Below, piece by piece: positions 13,092 through 23,350 of a stretch of 64,000 bases of DNA. How positions within the stretch are numbered: the stretch's first letter is position 1; the number at the start of each line of letters is the position of its first letter. This DNA is from Eledone cirrhosa (taxonomy: Eukaryota). A model generated the notes under the pieces. It saw nothing but the letters and a program-made list of their open reading frames with translations. It made no database searches and was not told the origin of the DNA. Location of the stretch: contig OZ024740.1 in NCBI GenBank assembly GCA_964016885.1, positions 220,286,001-220,350,000 of the forward strand, written 5' to 3'. Position numbers and translations under genes: made by a program.

Positions 13092-16000
13092 TTTTTTTTT
13101 TTTTTTTTTTTTTTTTAACGTTTAACGTCCGTGTTCCACGCTTGCATGGGTTTGGACGGGGGTATTCCCACTTGAGGCAAGAGTGATTGTCTTGCTCGCA
13201 TAGGACTGTCTGGCAGGTTTTCTACAGTTGGATGCCCTTCCTAACACCAACCACATTTACAGTGTGGGTCTGGGAGGTTTTTACCGTGTTGCCTACACGG
13301 CCACATTACAGCGTGGACTGTGTGTTTTTTTGTCGTGACACCTACACGATCTCATTTGTTTCGGCCTCGATGGCGCGGCACCAACATAACTTTACATAGA
13401 ACGGGGTGGTGTGGATGGGGTGGGGGTGGTGGGGGTGGGACGGGGTGTATTTTGTTAGAGATGCCTACTGGCTGGAGTAGGTTTTACTATATATTTAGGT
13501 AAGGCGGGTCTTCTCTGTTACTGAGTACCGCCAAAGGTCTCGGTCCAGTGACATTGTCTTGGAGAGGTGTAAGTGTGTGATGTCGGAGTTTATCAGCTCG
13601 TCCCAGGTTTTTCTAGGTCTGCCTATTCCGTGACTACCGTCTATCTTTATTGCCCTGCACTTTGTTATACAGCTATCGTCCTTCATGCGCATCACGTGAC
13701 CATACCAACGTAGCCTTCTCTCGAGTAAACAACATCTGATCCCTCTTATCTCTAATTTTTTCCTTAGTTCGTTTATGCTTTGCCGTTCACGTATATTACT
13801 GTTACACATCCAGCGGAGCATGCAAGCTTCGTTCCTCTCTAGTCTGCGTATATCCTCTGCACACAATGCCCAGGTCTCGCTGCCATGCAGCATTGCTGTT
13901 CGTATGCAGGCATCGTACAACCTGCCTTTCATTTTTAGGGAGAACCCTTTAGCAGCTAATAGTGGTATAAGCTCTCTGAACTTTTTCCAACCAGTTCTGA
14001 CTCTAGCTACAGTACTTTCAGAGCACCCTCCCCCACTGCTGATTTTATCGCCCAGGTAACGGAAGCTGTCCACTATTTCTATAGAACCCTCTGCGCAATT
14101 GAAAGAGCTAGTATTTTGTGGGCACTTGCTGCTACTTATTGCACCAGAACACCGGCCACATGTAAAATCTATGTTCTTAGTTAGCTTACCTGTGATCCCA
14201 CTACATCTTTTATGCACCCATACTTTGCATTTAGGACACAAAATGGAGTTTCTACCTACGCCTTTCCTACACACCGAGCACGACCATTTCCCAGAAGGGA
14301 CCGCCGCCTTGTTTTCTTTCCTACAAACTAGTACTTTGGTCTTAGCCAGGTTAATTTTAAGTCCTTTTGACACTAGGCCGTGCTTCCATGTTTGGAATTT
14401 CTTCTCTAGCTCGGCCATTGATTCCGCTATGAGTGTCAGGTCATCTGCGTATAGGAGTTCCCATGGGCAGCCTGTCTTGAACTCCTCTGTTATAGCCTGA
14501 AGGGCAATAATAAATAGTAGGGGGCTGAGAACAGAGCCCTGATGGACGCCAACTTTTACGCTAAACTCTTCACTATATTCGTTGTTAATTCTAACCTTGC
14601 TGACTGTTTCTTTATACATGGCTTGTATAGCCCTCACAAGCCATTCGTCAACGCCTAGTTTTCTAAGAGCCCACCAGATAATGGAGCGGGGGACTCTGTC
14701 GAAGGCTTTCTCCAAGTCGACAAAAGCTAAGTAGAGGGGTTTACCTATAGCTAGGTACTTCTCCTGTAGTTGTTGTACTATGAAAAGAGCGTCTGTGGTA
14801 CTTTTGCCTGACACAAACCCGAACTGCATTTCATCTAGGTCAATTCTCTCTCTGATTAGTTGTGCTATTATTTTTTCCGTGACCTTCATGACCTGGTCGA
14901 TTAATTTAATGCCTCTATAGTTACTCCTATCTAGGGCGTCTCCTTTACCCATATAACAGTTAACGATGATGCTGCTATGCCAGTCCTTCGGAACAACCCC
15001 ATTCTGTACGACTTGGTTAACTATGCGGGTGACCATGGTGTGTCCCACCGTGCCAGATGCCTTCAGCATCTCAGCAACTATTTCCGAAGGCCCAGCCGCC
15101 TTACCCGTCTTCATATCCTTGATTGCCTTACTTATTATACTCCCCTCGACTAACACTGCTGGTCCCTCTATTGGGTCGATATGGGGGAGACTGTCTTTCT
15201 CCCATTTATTCTCCTCATTTAGTAGCCTTTCATAGTGACACTTCCAAGCTACCTTCTTATCAGCATCGGTGATGGCAAGTGTGCCATCGTCGTTTAGTAC
15301 ACACTTCTCCCCGACAATATCACGGTTTTCCTTGACGCATTGCCTAGCAATCCTGAACACCTCACGTTTTTGGTCATCGCGTTGTAGAACATGCTTGAAC
15401 TTTCTTTCCTCAGCTTCCCTTCTTGCTAAGTACACTTGTCTCCTAGCTTCCCTCCTGGCCACTTGATAGTCTTCTCTACTTCCCCCATCCCGCCATACTT
15501 TCCAAGCCTGCTTTTTGGCCTTAATTGACCCCTCCACCTTACTGTTCCACCACCATGTTACTCTCCTCCTGCCTACAGGCCTGCTCCAGCCACAGACTTC
15601 GTCTGTCGCCAACAGCAGGTTTGCTTTCAGAAATTCCCACTCTCCCTCTATATTGTCCGACTCTAAATGTTCTTCCTTACTGTCGAAAGCATCAAGTAAT
15701 ATGCTTTGAAATTTATTCCTGGCTGTGGGGTCCTTTAGCTTCCATATTTTTCTCCTGAGGATAGTCCTCTTCTGCTGTCGAGTACGTCTCGTCCTGACTA
15801 TGAGGTCGCTAATTATCAGTCTATGTTGGGAGGTGCATTCTTCATGGGGGAGGGATTTAGTGTTTACAACAGACACTCTGTCACGTCTTCTGGTAAGGAT
15901 ATAATCTACCTGGCTTGTGTGTTCCTCGGATCTATAGGTGATCAGGTGATTGTCACGTTTTTTGAAGTTAGTGTTACAGATAGTTAGGTTATTTGCATCA

Positions 16001-17206
16001 CAGAATTCCAGGATTCTGGAGCCTTCCTCATTTCTAGTACCAAACCCATAGCCTCCATGGATTTCGTCGTAGCCGTCACAATGTTGTCCAACGTGACCAT
16101 TTAGGTCGCCTGCGATAATTATATAGTCACTGTCGGATATTTGGGAGGTAGTTAGCATCAGTGTCTCATAGAATCTGTTTTTTATAGTGCCGGGCAGTCC
16201 GGATTGGGGTGCGTACGCAGATATTACTGTCACCGTAGTTCTATTGAGGACAAGTCGTATTTTAATTATTCTGTCGTTCACTCTATTTACGTCTATTATC
16301 TTATCTGCCCACTTTTCTGCTACCATGATTCCTACTCCACCCAGCCCATCGTCGTTTCCCACCCAGAAAAGCTTATAACATCGTTTTTTACCCTCAATGA
16401 ACCTAGCAGACCCACCCCTCCACCTGGTCTCTTGAATACAACAAACATCGACCTCCTTACGTTCAAGCATTTCTACAACCTCGTTAGCGCGACCCTTTAG
16501 GGTGCCTACATTTATGGTACCAACTCTGAAGTTTTGGATTGCGTTTGGGGGTTGGGGGCGGTGGGGGGCGGGGGGCGATGGGGTTATGTTAGCCGTCCGC
16601 GGTCGAAACAATGAGGAGTGCTCGCATTCTCGTCCAAGAGGTGAATTTGTCTTTATCTTTGGCATTGTCGCTGAGCGTCCAGATTTTTCTCTCTCTCTCC
16701 TCCACTCTCCAGGATTCCGCAGTCCATCCATCCATCATATATCGAAAGGCAACCATGCAAGCGATAGTATAGGCCTCTGGCTTCTGATTGGTCCGCGTAA
16801 TAATACTGGTGATGCGTGGGGGCTCTGGCTTATGATTGGTCCACGTAATAGCAATGGTGGTGCGTGGGGGCTGGAGGGAGGGGTGTTGTGTAGCTAGATA
16901 GAAGGTAATGATTGAATGGGGTCCTTGCATTTAACAAGCGATTAACAAAAATACAAAATTTGTTCTGTTCAATACGACCAAAAACTTTCGTATTTAACAA
17001 TTAATAAATACAAAAAATGTAGATTGTTTTAGCGATAGATTGGCTATTTGGACTTGATACGAAATATGGATTGTTTTGAAAATACGCTAGAATTAGGAAA
17101 TGGGGAATTAGGATTTGTGGAGGTAGAGATGAAGGAAAATCATTACGTTACATGAATATCGTGGATAGACAGCAAAGCAATGAAATTTGGCGAAGTGAAT
17201 TCCTAT

Positions 17207-17239
<33 letters not shown>

Positions 17240-17515
17240 GGGTGGCCGCATGATGGTTGTGTGTGTTAGGCGTTTGACCGCCCCATGCCTTCGAAGTAGC
17301 GGGTGGGGGGGTCGAGTGTAAGCGGGAGTTTCGAAAGAAGGAAGAAGGAAGGGATTTTGTTTTTTTTTTGTTTTGAAAATACGCTAGAATTAGGGATTGA
17401 GGTTTGAAAATACGCTAGGAATTAAGGTTTGAAAATACGCTAGATTAGATAGAAGGTAATGATTGAATGGGGTCCTTGCATTGTTTTGAAAATACGCTAG
17501 AATTAGGGATTGAGG
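13092..17515 (-). mobile_element. Near full-length RTE LINE with 5' region, long 3' UTR and poly(A) tail
   Basis: 25-nt T run at 13092-13116 is the poly(A) tail on the minus strand. 3' UTR at 13117-13494. CpG-rich 5' region extends to about 17515. The two flanks are the halves of one TTAA MITE. The 5' boundary is approximate and no clean TSD is visible. Confidence 0.85.
13495..16731 (-). CDS. RTE-clade non-LTR retrotransposon ORF (APE endonuclease + reverse transcriptase + inserted PHD-type finger), 1078 aa, uninterrupted
   Basis: APE motifs (GTINVGTL, CCIQETRW, SAYAPQ, IAGDLNGHVG, SQVDYIL, SQHRLI). RT motifs (NYRGIKL, QFGF, FVDLEKAFDRV, GVHQGSVLSPLLF, LYADD, FRYLG). RTE-type C-terminus (MLHGSETW, RRLRWYGHVMR, GRPRKTW). 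Confidence 0.96.
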   Translation of the reverse strand: MDGLRNPGEWRREREKSGRSATMPKIKTNSPLGRECEHSSLFRPRTANITPSPPAPHRPQPPNAIQNFRVGTINVGTLKGRANEVVEMLERKEVDVCCIQETRWRGGSARFIEGKKRCYKLFWVGNDDGLGGVGIMVAEKWADKIIDVNRVNDRIIKIRLVLNRTTVTVISAYAPQSGLPGTIKNRFYETLMLTTSQISDSDYIIIAGDLNGHVGQHCDGYDEIHGGYGFGTRNEEGSRILEFCDANNLTICNTNFKKRDNHLITYRSEEHTSQVDYILTRRRDRVSVVNTKSLPHEECTSQHRLIISDLIVRTRRTRQQKRTILRRKIWKLKDPTARNKFQSILLDAFDSKEEHLESDNIEGEWEFLKANLLLATDEVCGWSRPVGRRRVTWWWNSKVEGSIKAKKQAWKVWRDGGSREDYQVARREARRQVYLARREAEERKFKHVLQRDDQKREVFRIARQCVKENRDIVGEKCVLNDDGTLAITDADKKVAWKCHYERLLNEENKWEKDSLPHIDPIEGPAVLVEGSIISKAIKDMKTGKAAGPSEIVAEMLKASGTVGHTMVTRIVNQVVQNGVVPKDWHSSIIVNCYMGKGDALDRSNYRGIKLIDQVMKVTEKIIAQLIRERIDLDEMQFGFVSGKSTTDALFIVQQLQEKYLAIGKPLYLAFVDLEKAFDRVPRSIIWWALRKLGVDEWLVRAIQAMYKETVSKVRINNEYSEEFSVKVGVHQGSVLSPLLFIIALQAITEEFKTGCPWELLYADDLTLIAESMAELEKKFQTWKHGLVSKGLKINLAKTKVLVCRKENKAAVPSGKWSCSVCRKGVGRNSILCPKCKVWVHKRCSGITGKLTKNIDFTCGRCSGAISSSKCPQNTSSFNCAEGSIEIVDSFRYLGDKISSGGGCSESTVARVRTGWKKFRELIPLLAAKGFSLKMKGRLYDACIRTAMLHGSETWALCAEDIRRLERNEACMLRWMCNSNIRERQSINELRKKLEIRGIRCCLLERRLRWYGHVMRMKDDSCITKCRAIKIDGSHGIGRPRKTWDELINSDITHLHLSKTMSLDRDLWRYSVTEKTRLT

Positions 17516-19379
17516 TTTTTTTTTTTTAATGATATAAATAACTTTCTCATTTTTAGAACAAAAATTCTCACATAAAATTCTCACATAAAATTATGATGGA
17601 AGGTTTTTAGATAAATATTCACTAAAAACATTTTAATATATACAACTTTGTATCAGTGAATCAAGAGCAGTTTCAGACAGTTTGGTATCAAAAGGGTTAA
17701 ATGTTAAATGTATTCTGCTCTCTGAGTTAACATCCTGCTGAGATCAACTTTGCCTTTCATCCTTTTTAGGTAAATAAATAAAGTACCTTTCCAGGTGTAG
17801 AAGAATTGTTAAAGGATGCACTATCTAAAACTGCTCTGTGTGTTATAAGTTAAAATTCTGTCCCCTTCTGACAGGAGCTGTGACTGGCAGATTGTATCAA
17901 CAATGGAAAGACCTGGAAACATAATTTTCATGGCCTAATCTGATGATCAGCTCTTTTCCCTTTTTCTATTCTATTTAACTTTATTTTATCAACTTTGACC
18001 TAACTGTAACCTCTAATTCAGTTATTAGCTCTTTCATTACCATATTTCTAATGAAAGCCATTGCCTATGATTATCAGATCATAAAAACAATCAAGAATTT
18101 AAAGCAATTTAGTAATATTCTAACTTTCTCATCATTAAGTTAGTGTATGGTACATAACTTCACAAAGGTTCTTACGTAAAATTATAAAAGAAAGTTTATA
18201 GATAAATATAAACAACACTTTAAAACAAATAGCTAGGTATTGTAAAGCTAAGGGCAGTTTCAGGCAATTCAGTAGCAAAAGAGTTTAACCCATTCTCTGA
18301 ATAATAAAACAAGTGTTTTTTATTCATTGATAAAATAAAGAAGCCAATCTTCCAGATTGAAACAAGGAAACTAAGTTTTCATTTTTCTTTCCATTACTGA
18401 TACTATCTGTTGGTCACAATTTCCTGCCAAAAGTATCACTGCTTTTGGGGTGACAGATCAGATACCACAAAGCATCCCATCTGATGTTTTAACTGTTGTG
18501 CCAATCTACCACTCCTGGACTGGTACTTATTTATCGAATACAAAAGGATCAAAGACAAAATTGACCTCAGTGGAATTTGTACTCAGAGCATATAGAGTCA
18601 GAACAGATATCTTAAGCATTTTTTGAACACCCTAATAACTCTACCAATTTAGTTAAAACAAAATAGAATGAATAAATTTATTGGGTAGGCAAAGATCGTA
18701 AATGCTTTTGTGACTATATTCAGTGGAAATTTCTGGGTAATTTAGAGGATTAAATTAAAGGGAAAGAAGTTTTAAAAGATTTCTCTCTGAATTAAGTCAT
18801 TTGTGATTAATATATGAGAAGGAATAAATGAAAACACATGTGAAAAGTTAGTATTATCAGGAAGAAAAGGAATAAATATTGTTTTCAGAAATAAATGTAG
18901 TTATAAAAAACTAAAAACAAACCTATATCAGTCACTCAAGATTTAGTATCACTTGGGAGTATCTACCATGTTTTTGCTCAGAGTTTTACAAGCTGATGCA
19001 GTTGTGAGCTTCTTGACCTTACTTTCGTTGATCTAGCAAAACATCCAGGATGTGACAGCTGGAAAGAAAGAAGCTGCTCCAGCACTTATGTTGAAACTTT
19101 CTTTATTGACCCCATGTGAAAGATAAAATGGACCTTGGTAGGATTTTAACTCAGTGCTCAAATATCCAAAACAGATGTCCAATATTCAAACAACTCTAAT
19201 AGACTCTATCAAAACAACACACAAAGTATTAAATTTTTTTCTTTTCATACAAAATCTTTACAGTAAAAGATAAATGAAGATGTTTTGCTTTAGGTATGAA
19301 ACTGAAAAAAATGGTAATTAAATTTTTGTTGTAAATATTCACTTTTTTAATTTTATTTTAATCAATAAACTAAAAGATT

Positions 19380-19584
19380 TACTGCATATACTTAAATATA
19401 AGCTGATACAAATATAAGCTGACCCCACTATTTAATGTCTGAGAAACGGGTAAAAATCCAAATCTTATTTACGTAGAATTTAAATTTGGTGAAAATCTTC
19501 AAAATATAGACCCCGAAGCCGATCCCCTTCTACTTTCAATATTTTATCACATATTTCTCGGCTTATATTTGACTATATATGATA
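19380..19584. mobile_element. Decayed pogo/Tc2-like MITE
   Basis: Inverted ends tactgcatatacttaaatataagctga / tcggcttatatttgactatatatgata, consistent with a CpG-decayed CCGTATATACTCGAATATAAGCCG-type TIR. Confidence 0.6.
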
Positions 19585-21751
19585 TTTGTTAATTTAGTTC
19601 CCTAATGATTTATTTGTGAATTCTTTATATACTAACTTGATCTCATATAACAGACTATCTGCAGTCATTTGCTGCCTACCAATAAATTAGCTCAACAAGG
19701 AGAAGCAGTCTGATATCAGTCCCAGAAAATAAAGAAACTTGCCTAAGGCTGTGATAAGAGTTATATTACTCTATTATGTGTTCTAGAAAACAAGCTCAGG
19801 CCATGCTGGGGCGTTGCATTCATTTTCATCTTATTGTCAGGTTCCTTTCCTTTCACTATGATAGAATTTCATTTTATTATCTCTCATTTTATACACCTAA
19901 AGTGAAACATTTTACACACATTTATACACACACACTTGTGTGTGTGTGATGTGTGTGTGTAAAATAAACATTATTTATATTTATATATACTGTTTACCGG
20001 TCTCTTCTAAAAAAAAACGCTATTTACTTATCTATTCAAACTCTTATTATAAAACACCAAAATGTTCACGTTTCACTACCCAAGTGACCTCAAATAAATT
20101 AGATGACACAATATACTCCTTCACAGCCCATTTAGAGTTTAATTGGTTGACATATTTATATATTATATGAAAACTTTATATTTAGACATTTTAAATGTAG
20201 ATATCCCAGTGCAAATGACCATTATAATAGTTGAAAAGAGCTGAAACACTTGCTTCAATGGGGGTTTTCTCTGAAGACGTTCTGCTGTCCAGCTCTCCTG
20301 AGAGTTTCTTACGACTGTTGAGCACTGTAAATAATAGTTGAGAAAATCGGGTAAAATATCCCTGATGACAGAAAAAAGCAGACAAAAGCATCTCTATCCA
20401 CTTTTTATTATTTAGCAGTATCAGTAGAGCATCAGACACCATGCTTTGCAGCACAGAGTTATGACCCTTTACGTTCTGAGTTCAAGAGGTTAACTTTGCC
20501 TTTCATTCTTACGGGGTCGATAAAATAAAACACCAGTAATGCACTGGGGTAATTGCTGGCTTTGTGCCAAAAGTAGAAACAATTATAATAATTTGCCCTG
20601 GAACAACATTTCAAATTATATATTTTCTAATACTTCTTAAATCAACTAGTAGTTTATATTTAGAATTATAGTTTGTATTTTTGAGTTTTTTTAAATAAAA
20701 TTTATTATTTTCATGGCATATCTAGCTACATTTTGGGGGATTTACTGCTCTACATTTTGATTTTAAATCATAATAAAGCCAACTATATATTTTATCTCTT
20801 CAGAGTCAATAAAGTAAGTACTAATTAAATATTTCCAATTGAAAATATTTTTTTCCTGTGTACCAATCAAAATAATCAATAGTGTATTAAAAAAACAGAA
20901 TTTTTAGATGGATAAGTGAAACATCCCCTATTTATTTATATTGTTTACTCTCTTCTGAGAACACTGTTTACTTATTTATTCAAACTCTTATAATAAAAGA
21001 CTAAAATATTTTAGGAGCAGAGTAGTGTAATATAGAACTGAGCACTGGGTAAAGTACAAAATATTTCCTGATCCACCAAGAGCAAAATAAATAAGACTCA
21101 AATGACTGAGTTATCAAGTATTTCTCAGATTTTACAGTACCTCATATACATGAACATAATTCAGACATAGATCTTTCAAAATGTTAGACATATGCTGTAT
21201 ACAGTCAGTGCAAACATCCATCTAATCTTTTAAGATATTCACACATGCATAAACACACATCTTTCTTTTCCTTTCATGTCCATAGCCCAGTCCACCTGGC
21301 ACACAACACAAACTTTCAGTCTTTGTGTCTATCTTTTTCTATTTCTTTCAACACATACACTCTCACACCTTTAAATAACCAATTACACAAACATACTTAC
21401 ACAAAGTCCCTTCAACAATAGAACTCCCCAAATAAATAGACAACTCAATAGACAGTGAGTTTGGTCATGCTTATTTAAACCACTGGCAATTACTAAAACG
21501 TGATACAACCAATGAAAAATATTTTAATATAGAACAGCTTAGTCACGTTAAGACACACTGTGTAAGTAAGTTTTAAACAGGTCAAGAGTTAAATAAACAT
21601 TCAGTGTTCACTCTGTATTCCAAGTGTTTACTACAAAAGCCAATAATGTCAGGTATTATACAAAGAAAAGATGGAATAAAAGAGAAATGCAGGCAAGCTC
21701 TAGAAATCTAGTTCAACACTTGAACTGATAAAGATATATGTCCATAGCTTT

Positions 21752-22537
21752 TCAAATATAAAGATAAATATAAAGATTATAAGCTTCAGTCGATGTGATA
21801 ACAGGAAATGTCAGAATTAAAGCTTTTATATTAAATATCAAAGCAAGAAAAACAAATGGAAAATAGTTGAGAATCTTGGCAGTAATGCTATTTTCTGGTG
21901 GGAATTCCTTTGCTGTGATGCTATATTCGAGTGGAAAATCATTAGTAGCTGTGATGCTATTTTCTAGTGGAAAATCCTTGTCTGTGATTCTATTTTCTTG
22001 TGGAAAATCCTTTGCTGTGATGCTATTTTCTAGTGGAAAATCACTAGTAGCTGTGTTGCTATTTTCTAGTGGAAAATCCTTGTCTGTGATTCTATTTTCT
22101 TGTGGAAAATCCTTTGCTGTGATGCTATTTTCTAGTGGAAAATCCTTGGCTGTGATTCTATTTTCTTGTGAAAAATCCTTTGCTGTGATGCTATATTCGA
22201 GTGGAAAATCACTAGTAGCTGTGATGCTATTTTCTAGTGGAAAATCCTTGTCTGTGATTCTATTTTCTTGTGGAAAATCCTTTGCTGTGATGCTATTTTC
22301 TAGTGGAAAATCCTTGGCTGTGATTCTATTTTCTTGTGGAAAATCCTTTGCTGTGATGCTATTTTCTAATGGAAAATCCTTGGCTGTGATTCTATTTTCT
22401 TGTGGAAAATCCTTGTCTGTGATGCTATTTTCTAGTGGAAAATCCTTTGCTGTGATGCTATTTTCTAGTAGAAAATCCTTGGCTGTGATGCTATTTTCTA
22501 GTGGAGAAATTTTAACTGTGAAGTTATGTTCAAAATC
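21752..22537 (-). CDS. Candidate terminal exon: (ENSITAKDFP[L/Q])n repeat plus hydrophobic C-terminus
   Basis: Hand translation gives 262 codons including TGA, preceded by CAG. Variants are often synonymous in this frame. No homology recognised; polypyrimidine tract is weak. Confidence 0.3.
   Translation of the reverse strand, partial: DFEHNFTVKISPLENSITAKDFLLENSITAKDFPLENSITDKDFPQENRITAKDFPLENSITAKDFPQENRITAKDFPLENSITAKDFPQENRITDKDFPLENSITATSDFPLEYSITAKDFSQENRITAKDFPLENSITAKDFPQENRITDKDFPLENSNTATSDFPLENSITAKDFPQENRITDKDFPLENSITATNDFPLEYSITAKEFPPENSITAKILNYFPFVFLALIFNIKALILTFPVITSTEAYNLYIYLYI
21880..22520. repeat. 30/33-bp minisatellite, about 21 units
   Basis: Unit gctgtgatgctattttctagtggaaaatcctt(t/g) with recurring variants. 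Confidence 0.95.
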
Positions 22538-22834
22538 CTGTTATGTGTTCTAAATCATCAGCATTATCATCACTTTTACATCCATTTTACCATGCTTACA
22601 GTATTTGTTCTGAGTTCAAATTCTACTGTGGTCTACTTGGATTACAGACTTAATCCAGCAACCACTATAGTGCCACCACCTGGCTCTTGAATATCTTTAG
22701 CAAAGTTCATTCTGTTGCAAACATGTGGGTCAGATCCTGAGTTTGAGGATACCTTCCTCTCTTTCTATGCCCCACTAGTTTTGCAGGTCCGGAAAAATGT
22801 CCTGGGCACTGCTGTTCCCTCTCTGACCACATAG

Positions 22835-22869
<35 letters not shown>

Positions 22870-23025
22870 ATAGTCTGCAGTACTGGAACCGGGAAGACCA
22901 CAAATTAAAGAAGTACTTGATACATGGTTTGATGCAGAGTGGGTATATTAATAAAAGGAAAGGATCTGCTGTGAGCTCAGCAGTTTCAGCTAATTTCCAC
23001 TACTTTTACTTATATATACATATAT

Positions 23026-23350
23026 ATGGCTTGGTGGTTAGAGCATTGGGCTTACAATCACTAGGTTGCGAATTTGATTCTCGGACCATGCTTTGCATTG
23101 TGTTCTTGAGCAAGACATTTCTTTCATGTTGCTCCAATTCACTCAGTTGTAGAAGTGAGTTGTGATGTCACTGGTGCTAAGCTGTATTGGCCATTGCCTT
23201 GGACAACATTGGTGGTGTGGAGAGGGGAAACTGGTATGCATGAGTGACTGCTGGTTTTCAACAAACAACTCGGACTTGTGCCTAGGAGGGGAACTTCCTA
23301 GGTGCAAATCCCATGGTTATTCGTGACTGAAGGGGGTCTTTACCCTTTAT
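23026..23350 (+). mobile_element. tRNA/CORE SINE with a different tail (related heads at 8543-8810 and 58660-58790)
   Basis: tggcttggtggttagagc A box and gttcttgagcaagacattt CORE-like segment; the 3' part is not the RTE tail. Confidence 0.7.

Noticed and set aside
13775-16930. Short plus-strand ORFs within the RTE and the overlapping 113-aa upstream ORF
   Set aside because: Antisense shadows of the RTE ORF; the upstream ORF has no ORF1-like motif.
17240-17345. HDV-like ribozyme at the RTE 5' end
   Set aside because: GC-rich, but I could not build the nested double pseudoknot by eye; a descriptor search is needed.
21867-22553. Plus-strand 228-aa hydrophobic repeat ORF
   Set aside because: Non-ATG start and antisense to the more plausible minus frame; likely a shadow of the 30-bp repeat.
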